A DNA stretch of 64,000 nucleotides from Paragordius varius. Taxonomy: Eukaryota; Animalia; Nematomorpha. The notes beneath the pieces are model-generated. The model was not told where the DNA came from. It worked only from the letters and a program-made list of their open reading frames with translations, and ran no database searches. Below are positions 1 to 11,059 of this stretch, one piece after another. A program made the position numbers and the translations under genes. The stretch is taken from NCBI GenBank assembly GCA_964247055.1, contig OZ176054.1, forward strand, positions 3,782,001 through 3,846,000, given 5' to 3'. Position 1 is the first letter of the stretch, and each line of letters opens with the position of its first letter.

Positions 1-36
1 TTATACATATTGATAGACAAATGAATCAAAATTCCC

Positions 37-480
37 ATGGTGCTTTTGGTTTTGGGTGCTAGAAGTGATATAAAAAAGTTATTACCACTTTTGTGCTAAC
101 TACTCCATATCAGAAAATAACGGATTTTCTTAGATTTTAATAAAATTTGGGTGGAAGCTATATGCCTTATTTAAAAAATATCCCTATATATCATTACCTT
201 AATGTAAAAAGCAAAACAATAATTATATAAAATTACGATTTTAGATATGGGCTCCGTATCAATTTTTTTAAACCCGACTAAAATGGGCAAGTTTTCTTAA
301 ACTAAAGGCACAAAATGCCATTGCGCGATGAAAATTTTAAATATATGCTAAATTTTCACAAAAAAAGAGTACTTTCCGAAAAATTGGATTTGATTTATAA
401 CAAACTTTTTGTGAAGCGAGATTTAATGTATTTTGAAGCATGGTGGATACGGTAAAATCACTTCGAAACGTTATTAAAAC
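37..480 (+). repeat. Dispersed repeat of about 450 bp, unclassified family; second copy at about 20612-21010, minus-strand fragments near 8055 and 22190
   Basis: Both copies start atggtgcttttggttttgg. They share internal blocks (aatgggcaag.ttct...aaa, gcatggt...acggta...cactt). No terminal inverted repeat (TIR) or target-site duplication (TSD) recognised. Confidence 0.6.
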
Positions 481-1102
481 ACTTTTTTCAATATAATTCA
501 ATGATGCTTGATAGTTTATAGATACTGTGCTGTTAAAATATGAATGTATTTAAAAAAATGCCGCATTTTTAGCTTTTACCAAAAATTTATTTAGTATAAT
601 GTGGGCTAGTTCTTATTTAACATGAAACAATTATCTTTAATGGGTAATAACATTTTTAAATGAATTGCAAGGCACAAAACCATAAGCTACCTTAAAACTT
701 TAGTACATTTATTTTATCTATAAGAATATATATTTCTTTTCATTTTTTGTGTTCACTGTGTTATACCTATACATAAAAATTAAATTACTATGTATTAAAT
801 GTTAAACATATTATTTAAATTCTAAACGTGTTAATTTTGAAAGCGGTCCATTTAAACCATTCGATCAGACTCAACTTTTGCAGCCAGTTTTAATATTCAA
901 AGGAACACAGACATTATCTAAAACATTCTGTTAATACATTAAGACAAAATTCCAATTGTTTAACTTAAAACTAATAATACGATTATATGTTTTTACCACT
1001 TAAATTAGATAAATTCAAAACAAAAAGCATAATTACAGAATGAAATAACTGAAGATCCTAGATAATTAAAAATTCATGAAGCATATTTTCCAATATTTAA
1101 TG

Positions 1103-2626
1103 TCACATACCATTTACAAAGGCAAAGGGATCTTCACTGACCCATTTCTCCAGGGAATGAGATGTGAATTCAACCGTGTGATCTAATGTGATCATAAGAG
1201 TACCGGCAATACGTGCCAATTTACCCGTTACATGGGCATCATCGATGTAAAAGTAGGGCTGTGTAAAATAAGCTTTATACAATTTAAAGGCCACAGGCGG
1301 TGTTAGAATAATGGACCAACCTGAACAATACGGTTCATAAAATTTGCTGGGATACTGTTCTACCGTAGTAAACCATTTGGAATCGCTAGATCGAAAGACT
1401 TCCGTGTTAATTTTCATGGGACACATTATGATATCACGTAAATGGGAGGGATTCGGACCAAACAAGCTAATGTATTCCTTAATCAGATCAGAATCCGTAT
1501 TTAACATGTGATATTTTAATGGATCACAGGTATTGTTAATTGTGAGTGATGAATTACTTGTATTCCTATCATAACGAGTATTTACTATGGCGGCGGTGCT
1601 ATTGTTAGCAGCCTCTTCCTCTAGTTTAAGAAATTTACTTAAATGATCTCCATACATGATATACGGAAATTGTGTTATAGGCCAAACTTGAGTTTGGTTA
1701 TAGGTGTAAGGAAATATCTGAGAAGGGGGTCGCAATTCATCAATTTTATTCCGCAGGAAATCTCCATACCTATTTTTAAAGTTTGTTAAGGATGTAATCA
1801 CTTGAAATATATCAACGTATATGTCATCATCCATTTTTAGGATGAATTCTGCATGTGGGCAATAATGTGAAATCCATTTGTAACCCATAGCCATTTTATA
1901 TGTCAGATTATTATACGCATCGTGGAAAGAAAATTGTACAATATCATTGTATATCAAACTTTCATTTGCAATGTGTGATTGTACTGATGTATCATTAGTC
2001 GATCCAAGGATAAACACTAAACGTAAATTGAGATTAAAATAATTTCGGACTGAACCCCACGTTTCTCGAATCGAGTCCCGCAAATCATAATGTTTAGGTG
2101 CTGTATGTATCATTGAAATAATGAAAACATTTGTCGGTATGGAGCCTATGTAGTCCCTTGCAATATTGTTCGAAGTGGGGTCGAAAGTCGTTGACGCATT
2201 GTTAACTGTTGTGTAACACATACTTTTAGGATTGATAATGTAATCAAAATCTTGAGGTAGGGTAGATATATTGACGGATTTATCGATAAAAACACCATTG
2301 TATAGCGTATAATTTTGTTTAAACTGTTCGACACATATATCGCCAAAATCAGCTTGGGTCGCAAACATCGTTTCATCCCCAGCAAAATAACTCAAATTAT
2401 AATATTTGTTTGAGGCTAGGGCTTGTTTTACACTATCACTGATTTTATTTATGGAGTTGGCGAATATTTCAAATGATGAATGCGATATATCAGATGTATC
2501 GGTTAAAACAATGGGCTTATTAAATGAAATGGGAATTTTGTGAAATGTATTGTATGTAATAAATACTACCAAACCAAAAAATAGGGGATATAAATAATAT
2601 TTTCGCATCATATTTTTTGAAAACAT
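1103..2626 (-). CDS. Glycosyltransferase family 31 (beta-1,3-galactosyltransferase/brainiac-like), type II membrane protein
   Basis: 507-aa ORF with an N-terminal TM segment (YYLYPLFFGLVVFITY). GT31 motifs: R..IR.TWG, VFILG, E...Y.DI.Q..F.D.Y.NLT.K, CP.AEFILKMDDDIYV (DxD), KW....E.YP...Y.PYCSG, and IDDAHVTG in place of EDV. Confidence 0.93.
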   Translation of the reverse strand: MFSKNMMRKYYLYPLFFGLVVFITYNTFHKIPISFNKPIVLTDTSDISHSSFEIFANSINKISDSVKQALASNKYYNLSYFAGDETMFATQADFGDICVEQFKQNYTLYNGVFIDKSVNISTLPQDFDYIINPKSMCYTTVNNASTTFDPTSNNIARDYIGSIPTNVFIISMIHTAPKHYDLRDSIRETWGSVRNYFNLNLRLVFILGSTNDTSVQSHIANESLIYNDIVQFSFHDAYNNLTYKMAMGYKWISHYCPHAEFILKMDDDIYVDIFQVITSLTNFKNRYGDFLRNKIDELRPPSQIFPYTYNQTQVWPITQFPYIMYGDHLSKFLKLEEEAANNSTAAIVNTRYDRNTSNSSLTINNTCDPLKYHMLNTDSDLIKEYISLFGPNPSHLRDIIMCPMKINTEVFRSSDSKWFTTVEQYPSKFYEPYCSGWSIILTPPVAFKLYKAYFTQPYFYIDDAHVTGKLARIAGTLMITLDHTVEFTSHSLEKWVSEDPFAFVNGM

Positions 2627-5006
2627 AACAATACTGCTTATATTTTAAACGAAAAATCCCGTTTATAGATTTATACCTGTTTTATACCGTTTATTCAAAC
2701 AAAGGTCAGTTGTGGGGGGCTTTTATGGCTTCATATTTAATATATACACCAAATTGATCAAATATTTGTGACCAAGGTTGCGACCCATTTCTTATACCAA
2801 ATTTACCTTGCTAATACAAGAAGTATCAACATTGATAATGGTAACACCTAACAAAGTATGTTAATCAAATATTATAATTTTTAAACTTTGAAATTCTTTC
2901 AGCTTAAATACTTTGCATAAATATAAATGTAGTAAGTTCATATTCAATTTAACAATAATAACATGCAGATGTAAATTTTAAACACGGGCATATTTAAGTT
3001 GTAACCGTCTCAAGTAATATTTTATTTTAGCCTACAAAATATATTTTGAAAAATATTTTAAAAGGTATAAATATATATTATAAAATAATAATTTATTGAA
3101 AACTTTGTTAAAAAATCAATTGCGTGTTAGCGGGGTTAAAAAAATCATTAATTATTTGATTTTTGTTAATATATATATATATATATATATAATTAAATTA
3201 TTTTGTGTCGGCGCTGAAAGCCTCTATTAGGGTAAAAAAACTTGATAGTAGTATTTTTAACAGGCATAGTTTAATAAAAATTTTAACAAATGATTAGCGA
3301 ATTAATGAAAAAATATGTTTTTCAAACCTATTGAATATTATTTATTTTTTATATTTGTTTTCGTTTGTATAACACAAAAACAGGTTGTTTTTTTCGAATA
3401 CTATCTCCTATTATTTACACACCAAATATATTTTATTTTTCAAAAATGTTATTGTCAAACTTAATTATTGGATAAAAAATGTTGTAATTTTTTTCTACAG
3501 TCGAAAATTTAATCCTTTTAATCAAATTAGGTGACTTTTAATTATTTCATTTATAAAAATATATAAGCACTCCCCATTTATATACAGTAACACTCCATTA
3601 TATTTTGTGGTAGTTTATTATCCCAGAGTTATCATTTGAAATTGAATATCTTAAAAAGTATTTAAAATATTAAGACGAATTTAAAAATATGCTTTCTTTA
3701 GTCTTTAAGGCACATTATACAATTTTTTAAATTTAAAATTGTAAAAAAATTATCATCTCAAACTTTTTTTCCGCAATTTTTTCAAATTTTTTTAAATCGC
3801 TAATGCAGCGGCCAAATAAATGTATATTATGGTTGGAAAATGTAAATTAACTTCAAAAAGCTACAGGCTACGTTTTACAAAAAAACTTGATATATTTTCA
3901 TTTAGATATCAACTGTTCATTTCAATTGTGTTTTGGAGCTGTCCTAATTTTAGGCTGTAGAAGCCACAAAACTGTTAATAATATTATGTGACCAGATAGG
4001 CTGTTTTTCGCAGTACAGTACTGGATTTTCAGAAAAAACTGCGACTCTACTCCGCCCACTTTTGTAATGCTTTTTTAAAAAAAAATAATTAATTATGAAT
4101 ATGTATTAATTACCTATTATTCATTTAAAATTTTTTATTAGAATTTGATATAGTACCCTCTGTAAGAATAACTTCATAATTTGTAAAGAAATGGTTCATT
4201 TTGAGGTAAACTAAGATTGGCCTATTTTAAATTGGTTAATATTTTATTTTCTGCTCGAATCATACATAAAATTGGATTTTGGATCGCCGCTTGTGATTGC
4301 AGCCTTTCGCGCAATGGCGAAACCATAAATCTCGGACTCCACCGTAAGATTCAGGCTAATGGCTCTTTCACTCAGGGCTTCCGCAAAAGGAAATGCCTCA
4401 GAATTTAAAATTAACAAAATTAATTTATGATATTATAATAAATGTGATCAGGTTTAGAAAGTTCATTTTTTTAAACTTATCAAACGGAAAATTATATAAA
4501 TTGTTATTCCCGTATATTTAAAATTTATTATATATGGCATATGATTTCGTTACGTTTTCTATAACTCAGGGGGGGGGGGTGTGATATTTAATTTTTTTTC
4601 CTAAACTTTAATTTTATAAGTATTCTATTTTTTGCATAAACAAATTTGAAATAGAAGCGTACTTGAAACTATTTTGAAGCATGAGAAACGATAACGTTGT
4701 ACGATGTAATAAAACCCTTTTTCTAAATAACTCGATGATGTTGAACAATACTATAGGTTGAGAATTTTAATATAAAGATTTGTTTGCTTGCATATTTTGG
4801 TGAATTTTTGTAAAAAAACACATTTTTTATTTAACATAAATTAGAAAACGAGAGAATATTTTAAAATCTAATAAATGTATAGCATTATCGAATTATATAT
4901 ATAAGTGTTATACCATCTTAACCGTTTATATCGTTTCCATGATACTGAAATTATTATGAAGTACGCTTCAATAAAGTTTTGCTAAAATATGCATTTTTTA
5001 AATATA

Positions 5007-5648
5007 CCATTTGCAATCCAAGAGTGTCCTTGAACACTTCAAGTTTGTCCTTGAACATTTCAAGTTGATCCTTGAACACTTCAAGTTGGTCCTTGAACAC
5101 TTCAAGTTGGTCTTTGAACATTTCAAGTTGGTCCTTGAACACTTTTGGTCCTTTGACTTTTTTGTTTTGTTTTTAACTTTTATTGATCAAATTGTAAATA
5201 ATTCATCTATTTTATTTTTTTATAATTTTCTATTATTTAACATAAATTTTAAATCGATATCAACTTTTAATCTTTGAGAAACCGTTTATTATTATTAATT
5301 TCTTAAAATAATTTTGGATATTTATAAGATTTTAACACGAAATAAAAAATATATATAAGTTTTCTAGGTTATTTATTACAATTTTTCATTAAAAACATTT
5401 AAAGGTAATATAATTTTGTTAAATTGAGAAAAAAATAGTTGGAAACAAAAAAATGGTTTTTCAATAAAAAATTTTATTTTTAAATTAATAAATATATAAT
5501 AAATAAAGAAAATTTGGTTAATAAATAAAAAAATAAAAAAATAAATGCAAAAATTATGGTTAAATTAAATCTTAAAAATTTTATGGACCAACTTGAAATG
5601 TTCAAGGACAACTTGAACTGTTCAAGGACACTCTTGAAGTGCAAATGG
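5007..5648 (+). mobile_element. Foldback MITE with CCATTTGCA termini, TA target and 21-bp subterminal tandem repeats (ttgaacacttcaagttggtcc)
   Basis: tata|CCATTTGCA...TGCAAATGG|tata. The repeat arrays are inverted between the two arms. A second copy lies at 40463-41100. Confidence 0.85.
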
Positions 5649-5977
5649 TATATATTTACTGATATCAAAATTTAGCATATATTTAAAATGATTGCACAAT
5701 GTAGAATTTTAGCGTTTTCTTTAAGAGAACAGTCCATTTTAAAAGAGCCAAAAAAATTGTTTCAGAGCCCACAACTAACAATTTAAAATTTTTGAAAATA
5801 TTGTTTTGATTTTTTTATGTGGTTTATGTTGTATGCGATATTTTTTGAAATAATGCATTTTGTTTTCACCAAAATATATATATTTAAAATAATTGAGCAC
5901 TTTTGCAATTTTATACGGAGCACCTACCATAAAAGTCTAAATAACTTTCTTTAATAACTCGTAAAGGTTAAAACTAA

Positions 5978-8045
5978 AGTGACCAGATAGGCTGTTTTTC
6001 GCAGTACAGTACTGAGTTTTCGAAAAAAAAACGCGCCTGTACTGCCCTGACTTTTGTACTGCTTTTTTAAAATTTTTTTTTTATAAATATGTTTTAATTA
6101 CCATTTATTTATACAAGTTTTGTTTGTAGAATTCGATAGAGTACCCTTAGTTAAATAAATAAATGGTTTTTTTAACTGTAAAAAACTATGGCCTTAAATT
6201 TTAATATTTTATTTTCTGCTCTAATTATACATGGAGTTGGGTTTTGGACCGGTCAAATCGCTTATGAATGCAGCCATTCGCGAACGAAACTATTAAAAAC
6301 TATTAATATCAGACTCCAGATTTAGGCCAACCTTTCACCCAGGGCTTCAGCAAAAGCGACCTCAAAATAAACAAATAATAATTAATATTTCAGTAATTTT
6401 ATCTTTTGAAAATTCATCTCGTTTCATATAAGTTTCAGCTAAATTAAATTCATTTGAGTTTACTTTAATTATAATTATCAAACGGAAAATTTTTATATTT
6501 CCGCAACATATTTTTCGATATAACCTTTTTTCTAGGAATAAAACAACTTTTTTATGTTTTGGGTGGGAGGTATGCTCCTTAATTTTTTGCTTCATTAAAC
6601 TTTAATTTTTAGCCAGTCATTTCATTCTTTTGTGCATAAACAAATTTATAGACCTATTTTAATTTTGGCACACACACATATTCATAATAATTTTTTTATT
6701 AATTCCATTTTAATTTTCTTTTCCGTGCCTTTCCCTATAAACAAAATATGGACTACGGAAAACAACTCACAATAACTTTGAAAGCAAAATAGTCAAAAAT
6801 ACAGAAGAAAATTGAGCTTTTTTAGAAAAAATTTCGCAAAACCATAAATTATTGGGACAAATACATAAATCTGAAAAATATATATAATTTATTATTTTTA
6901 GATATTATTACTATTATAAAATAGTTATTTAGTAGTAATTATGTCACGTCATATATCATTGCTTGGGTAGACTCAGAACTATTTGAATTATTTTGAATTT
7001 TACACTGTAGCAAAGTCGGCATTTGAATAATTTTTTATCCATTCACCTATCTTTTTTATCAACGCATAGTTTTACCTGCTGTCAAATAGTCATTTTTTCT
7101 AAAAAGCTATGGAACAGAACTTTCATAAGATCGTGTATGAATGATTTTATCTGCACGGCAACATTTTATAAAAACCAGATATATTGTTTCCCCCTATTTT
7201 TATTTTCATATATTGGTAATTATATTGTTTTTGATAATTAGCATTTTTTAAAACAAACATACCATTATAATCTATGTATTTATAAAAATGCAAAGTAGTG
7301 GCTTGGTGATCTATTTCCGGAATAGACCCATTCAAATTCAAATGTCGAAAAAATTTAATCATTAATGAATGCCCCGACAATAGCTTCGCCCTTTTTTTTG
7401 AATTAGGCCCCCAGTTCGTGCCTACCCCGTCTAAAAAACGGTTTTTTTGAAAACAGAAGTCCACAAAAATCGTGTATTTGAGAGAATTTACTGGAAAACG
7501 TGTTGGACCATTCAATTTCAAATATGATTTTTGTATATTTATATTCGATTGCACCGAACATAATCCGCTCGCTTTTTTAACTAAGGCCCTCTTTTTACCC
7601 GCTCCTCGCGTAAAATGCCATTTTACCAAAAAATTCAAATTGTTAGAATCTATTTTTCGCCCGAGTAAACAATATATTAGTATGAATGCACCGCTTTGAA
7701 ATTCCTATGAGATCTAGCTAATATATAATGTTTCGAAATAATCCACATATGTGGATCATTTTATTGTCCCTTTTTTCAAATACCCACCAGTCCGAAGAAC
7801 TTCCTCGGGCTGCGTAGCAGCACGAGATTTACGCTAGTATTATTATATATCCATATATATAACATATGATATAATTATATGTACATACATTATTAAATTT
7901 TTAATAAATTTATTGTTGGATATTTTAATTGTTACTAATGAGCTTATAAATAGTAACGAACAATATCATTTAATATAACGGTTTAAAAATAGGCAAAGTA
8001 TGTTTTAATTTTGTACTGCGCCAGGGTTCTAAATATCTGGTCACA
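5978..8045 (+). mobile_element. TWA-target element, inner copy B nested in copy A
   Basis: taa|AGTGACCAGATAG...TATCTGGTCACA|tta. Its first ~650 bp duplicate 3987-4650. Confidence 0.65.
7271..7837 (+). mobile_element. Non-autonomous Helitron
   Basis: A|TCTATG start and CTAG|T end. A GC-rich hairpin (ctcgggctgc-gta-gcagcacgag, 7804-7826) sits 7 nt before CTAG. No TSD. Reverse copy at 42942-43539. Confidence 0.9.
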
Positions 8046-10399
8046 TTAGTTAAAACCAAAAGTACCATGATAATCCTGATATTTTCCTATCCGAACAAAT
8101 ATATTCATCAGGATATTATTTTGTAGAAACTGTGTAAAATACCACACCGTTGGTGTAAAAACAGGCAAAGTATGTTTTGTACTGCGAAAGTTCAAAATAT
8201 CTGGTCATATTATAATAATATAAGCTTTTTTAATACATGAGAACAATGTTTGATAATTTTTAACTAAAATAACTTTCAAAACTGTAATTGATTCGCAAAA
8301 TTGAGCTCTGGGATATAAAACTTTCCCAAAATGTAAACTAGGACAAAAAGGTGAGACGGTAATGAAGTGTTAATATCAATTTGTACACTACTTTACAAAA
8401 TAACTTAAAATGTTTGGCGGCAAAAAAGCTAGAAATGAGGTTTTTTGCTTTACATTTGTTTTAACTAGAATACCCATAAAAGGCTGAAAAATGCATATTT
8501 TAAATTTAGTTTAACATAATTGATAAATTACACTTGACAACGAATTTTTCTGCTACTCAAGTTTTTTGCATTTTCTGATATTTGCTCACATTTTAACAGT
8601 AAATCTGAAATAAATTTTATAATTTTACCTAAGAATTTTATATAATTTGATTTTTTATGATTATGCGCCTTCTTTATCAAAATTTCACTAAAAAATGTTT
8701 TTCTTTGGATACAACAAATGCCCATTTGATATATCATTCAAAAGACTAATGAAAACTCTATAAAATGCATACTAACATGTTTTGCATCGATAGTTAATAT
8801 TGGACATAGGAAGCGACAAACCCGCGAAGCGAGATCGATTTTCTTATTAATACATTTTTAAAACTAATCGATGAAAATAATTCAAACGTTGTGTAGATGG
8901 CAATGAATGTCTAAAAAAGATAACACCAGAAAGATTTTTTGATTAAAACACTCATCTATTGCTTTTATGTCATTCAAACAGCCATTGTTTAATTTTTTGT
9001 TTCTTAAAAATTACCATCATATCAATAATAAATATTTCCTCTAGAAGGCATATAATTTCAAAGATCAGAAATATTATTTAAGGTATTCTTGATATTTTAT
9101 AGCGATGGTAATAAATTAAGAGTTATAACTATGCATTATAGTATCCACTAGGTAAAATAATTATGATAATAATAATTTTTATTAAAAAAGCAAACCGAAA
9201 GCTTTTTCAAAGATTTTTTTTAAATTAGACTAGTGTAACACTAATAATTATATTAAAATAATTTATATGATTTGAATTAGTTAGTCTGTAAAAAAATTTG
9301 ACTTAAATGGTTAAAAATTTTGACTATATTAACCCAAATAACTTTCATATCAGATTGATGTAAATGACTAAGTACCTTTCGAAAGATTGAGTTTTTTGCG
9401 CTCTTTCGAATGATATAAAATACATGGCTCTATTTCCAAAACTTTAATTTAAAAATTTAGAGTTTTATGTTAAATCGGAGCCAAAAAATTTTGATAAACC
9501 TTAATTTCAGATATACTATTTATGTACTTTGATGAAATAAATTTTGAATTTACGAGAATGGCACTAAAAGAGTCAAAATTTGTTGTCTTGGGTTATATTA
9601 CATAAACTGTTCAAAAACAAATAATTTTTGTTAATTACTTGAATATCTGGTATTTATTTAAACTTCTCTATTAAATGCGTAAACTTAAAGTTTAAAAAAA
9701 GAATTAAGCATCTTGTGAAATCATTGACTTGCCTAAAGGTGTTTGCAAATACTAGGATGATGGAAAAATGTTTTGAGAGTTATATATTTTACAAAGCAAT
9801 TATTATGCAGGCAAAAAAATGATATTTCAAATATAGATAATGATTATAGAATAATTTATTAAAAAGCTTTGTTCATTTAATAATGATGAGTGACAATATT
9901 ATTCAAATTTTTTTAAAATTTAAGCCAATGACTTTTAAACAAAAATATCTATTTCGGTAAATTATTTATATTTATAATCCCATTGTTCAGTTTCCGGCCA
10001 CGAGTTCGTCATCTCTAACACCTAAATAAAAAAGTAAAAGTTAATTATTCATAATTTTAAAAGATTTTATAACTCGGTTAGTTATTAATTTCTCGTCTAT
10101 CAACACATTAAGAGCAGAATACTATGGTACTTTTCTATCTTTAATATAAATTTTATTCTAATTTGGCAATTTAAGTTTTTTAATATGAAATCGCCTTCGT
10201 CTCTTAAATGTTTTAAAATTCTCTTTTCGAACTATAAAAAATCCACATATATATTTTCTTGAAAACACAAATTGGAATATGCTACTTTAAAAAAATATAA
10301 ATATTAATAATTATATTTTTAATGCGATAATATACCATAAAATATATTTTAATTTTTTTAAAAATTTATCAGATTATTTTTAAAACTTCATTACCTTCT

Positions 10400-10877
10400 G
10401 GGGTAGTTTTGTATCCCAGAGCGATTAAGCCAAATTTAAAAATGTGCTTTCGCTAGTCTTTTAGGCGCATTGGGCAAAAAAAAAATTTTTGATGTAAAAT
10501 TGTAAAATAATCCTCATCTCAAACTTTTTTGCCGCCATTTCTATAGATTTTCGTAAATCGCTAATATAACAGGCAAATAAATGCATATTATGGTTAGATG
10601 ATAATAATTAACTTTAAAAAGCTTACAGGCTACATTTTACCAGCAAAAACATATTATATTTTAAATTTATATCAGCTGTTTAATTGTGTTTTGGAGCTGT
10701 CCCAATTTTAGACTCTAAAAGTCACAAAATTGTAAAAATATTAACTTTTTATCTATACTACATGAAAACAATGTTTGATAATTAAATTTTACCTATAACT
10801 TCAAAAACTGTGGTTTATTTACAAAATTGAGCTCTGGTATATAAAACTTCCCCACAAGATAAACTAGGTCAAAAAAA
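10400..10877 (+). mobile_element. 'GGGTAG' family element, intact copy
   Basis: Starts ggggtagttttgtatccc. Has a subterminal inverted copy (ggtatataaaacttcccc) followed by a conserved tail aaactaggtcaaaaa. Colinear with 56141-56620. Confidence 0.75.
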
Positions 10878-11059
10878 TATATTTTACGCATAAAACCCGA
10901 TTTTGTATAAATTCCTCAATTTTAGAGTTTTTGAAATTTTTGAACCATACTCTTATAAAGTTATGTGTGTATTATTTTTACCCATAAGATTATATTTTAA
11001 ACTTTTAAAAATGACTGCTATATGTTAAAACGATATATATGATTAAAAAATTAAAACAC

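Larger units (their letters stand above)
3987..8209 (+). mobile_element. TWA-target (PIF/Harbinger-like) non-autonomous element, outer copy A
   Basis: Termini are TGTGACCAGATA...gcagtaca and tgtactgc...TATCTGGTCATA. TTA flanks both ends (3984-3986, 8210-8212). It interrupts the GGGTAG element exactly. Confidence 0.7.
3607..8348 (+). mobile_element. Non-autonomous 'GGGTAG' element (about 480 bp) split by a 4.2-kb insertion
   Basis: The first half (3607-3986) and second half (8213-8348) join into a sequence colinear with the intact copies at 10400-10877 and 56141-56620. Confidence 0.75.

Noticed and set aside
4954-5668. ORFs with 7-aa repeats (FKDQLEM / LEHFKLV)
   Set aside because: They are translations of the 21-bp subterminal repeats of the CCATTT MITE and are open on both strands.
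7023-7699. ORFs of 72, 75 and 163 aa
   Set aside because: They lie within or across the non-autonomous Helitron and TWA element, and show no Rep/helicase motifs.
8066-8120. CTGATGA...GAAA on the minus strand as a second hammerhead
   Set aside because: There is no stem II or valid helix III/cleavage triplet. It is a short inverted repeat.
8780-10260. Scattered exon-like fragments (EATNPRSEIDFLINTF..., VLEMTNSWPETEQW..., FEKRILKHL...)
   Set aside because: No consistent strand or phase and no recognisable homology. Some may be the unresolved 3' end of the micro-exon gene.
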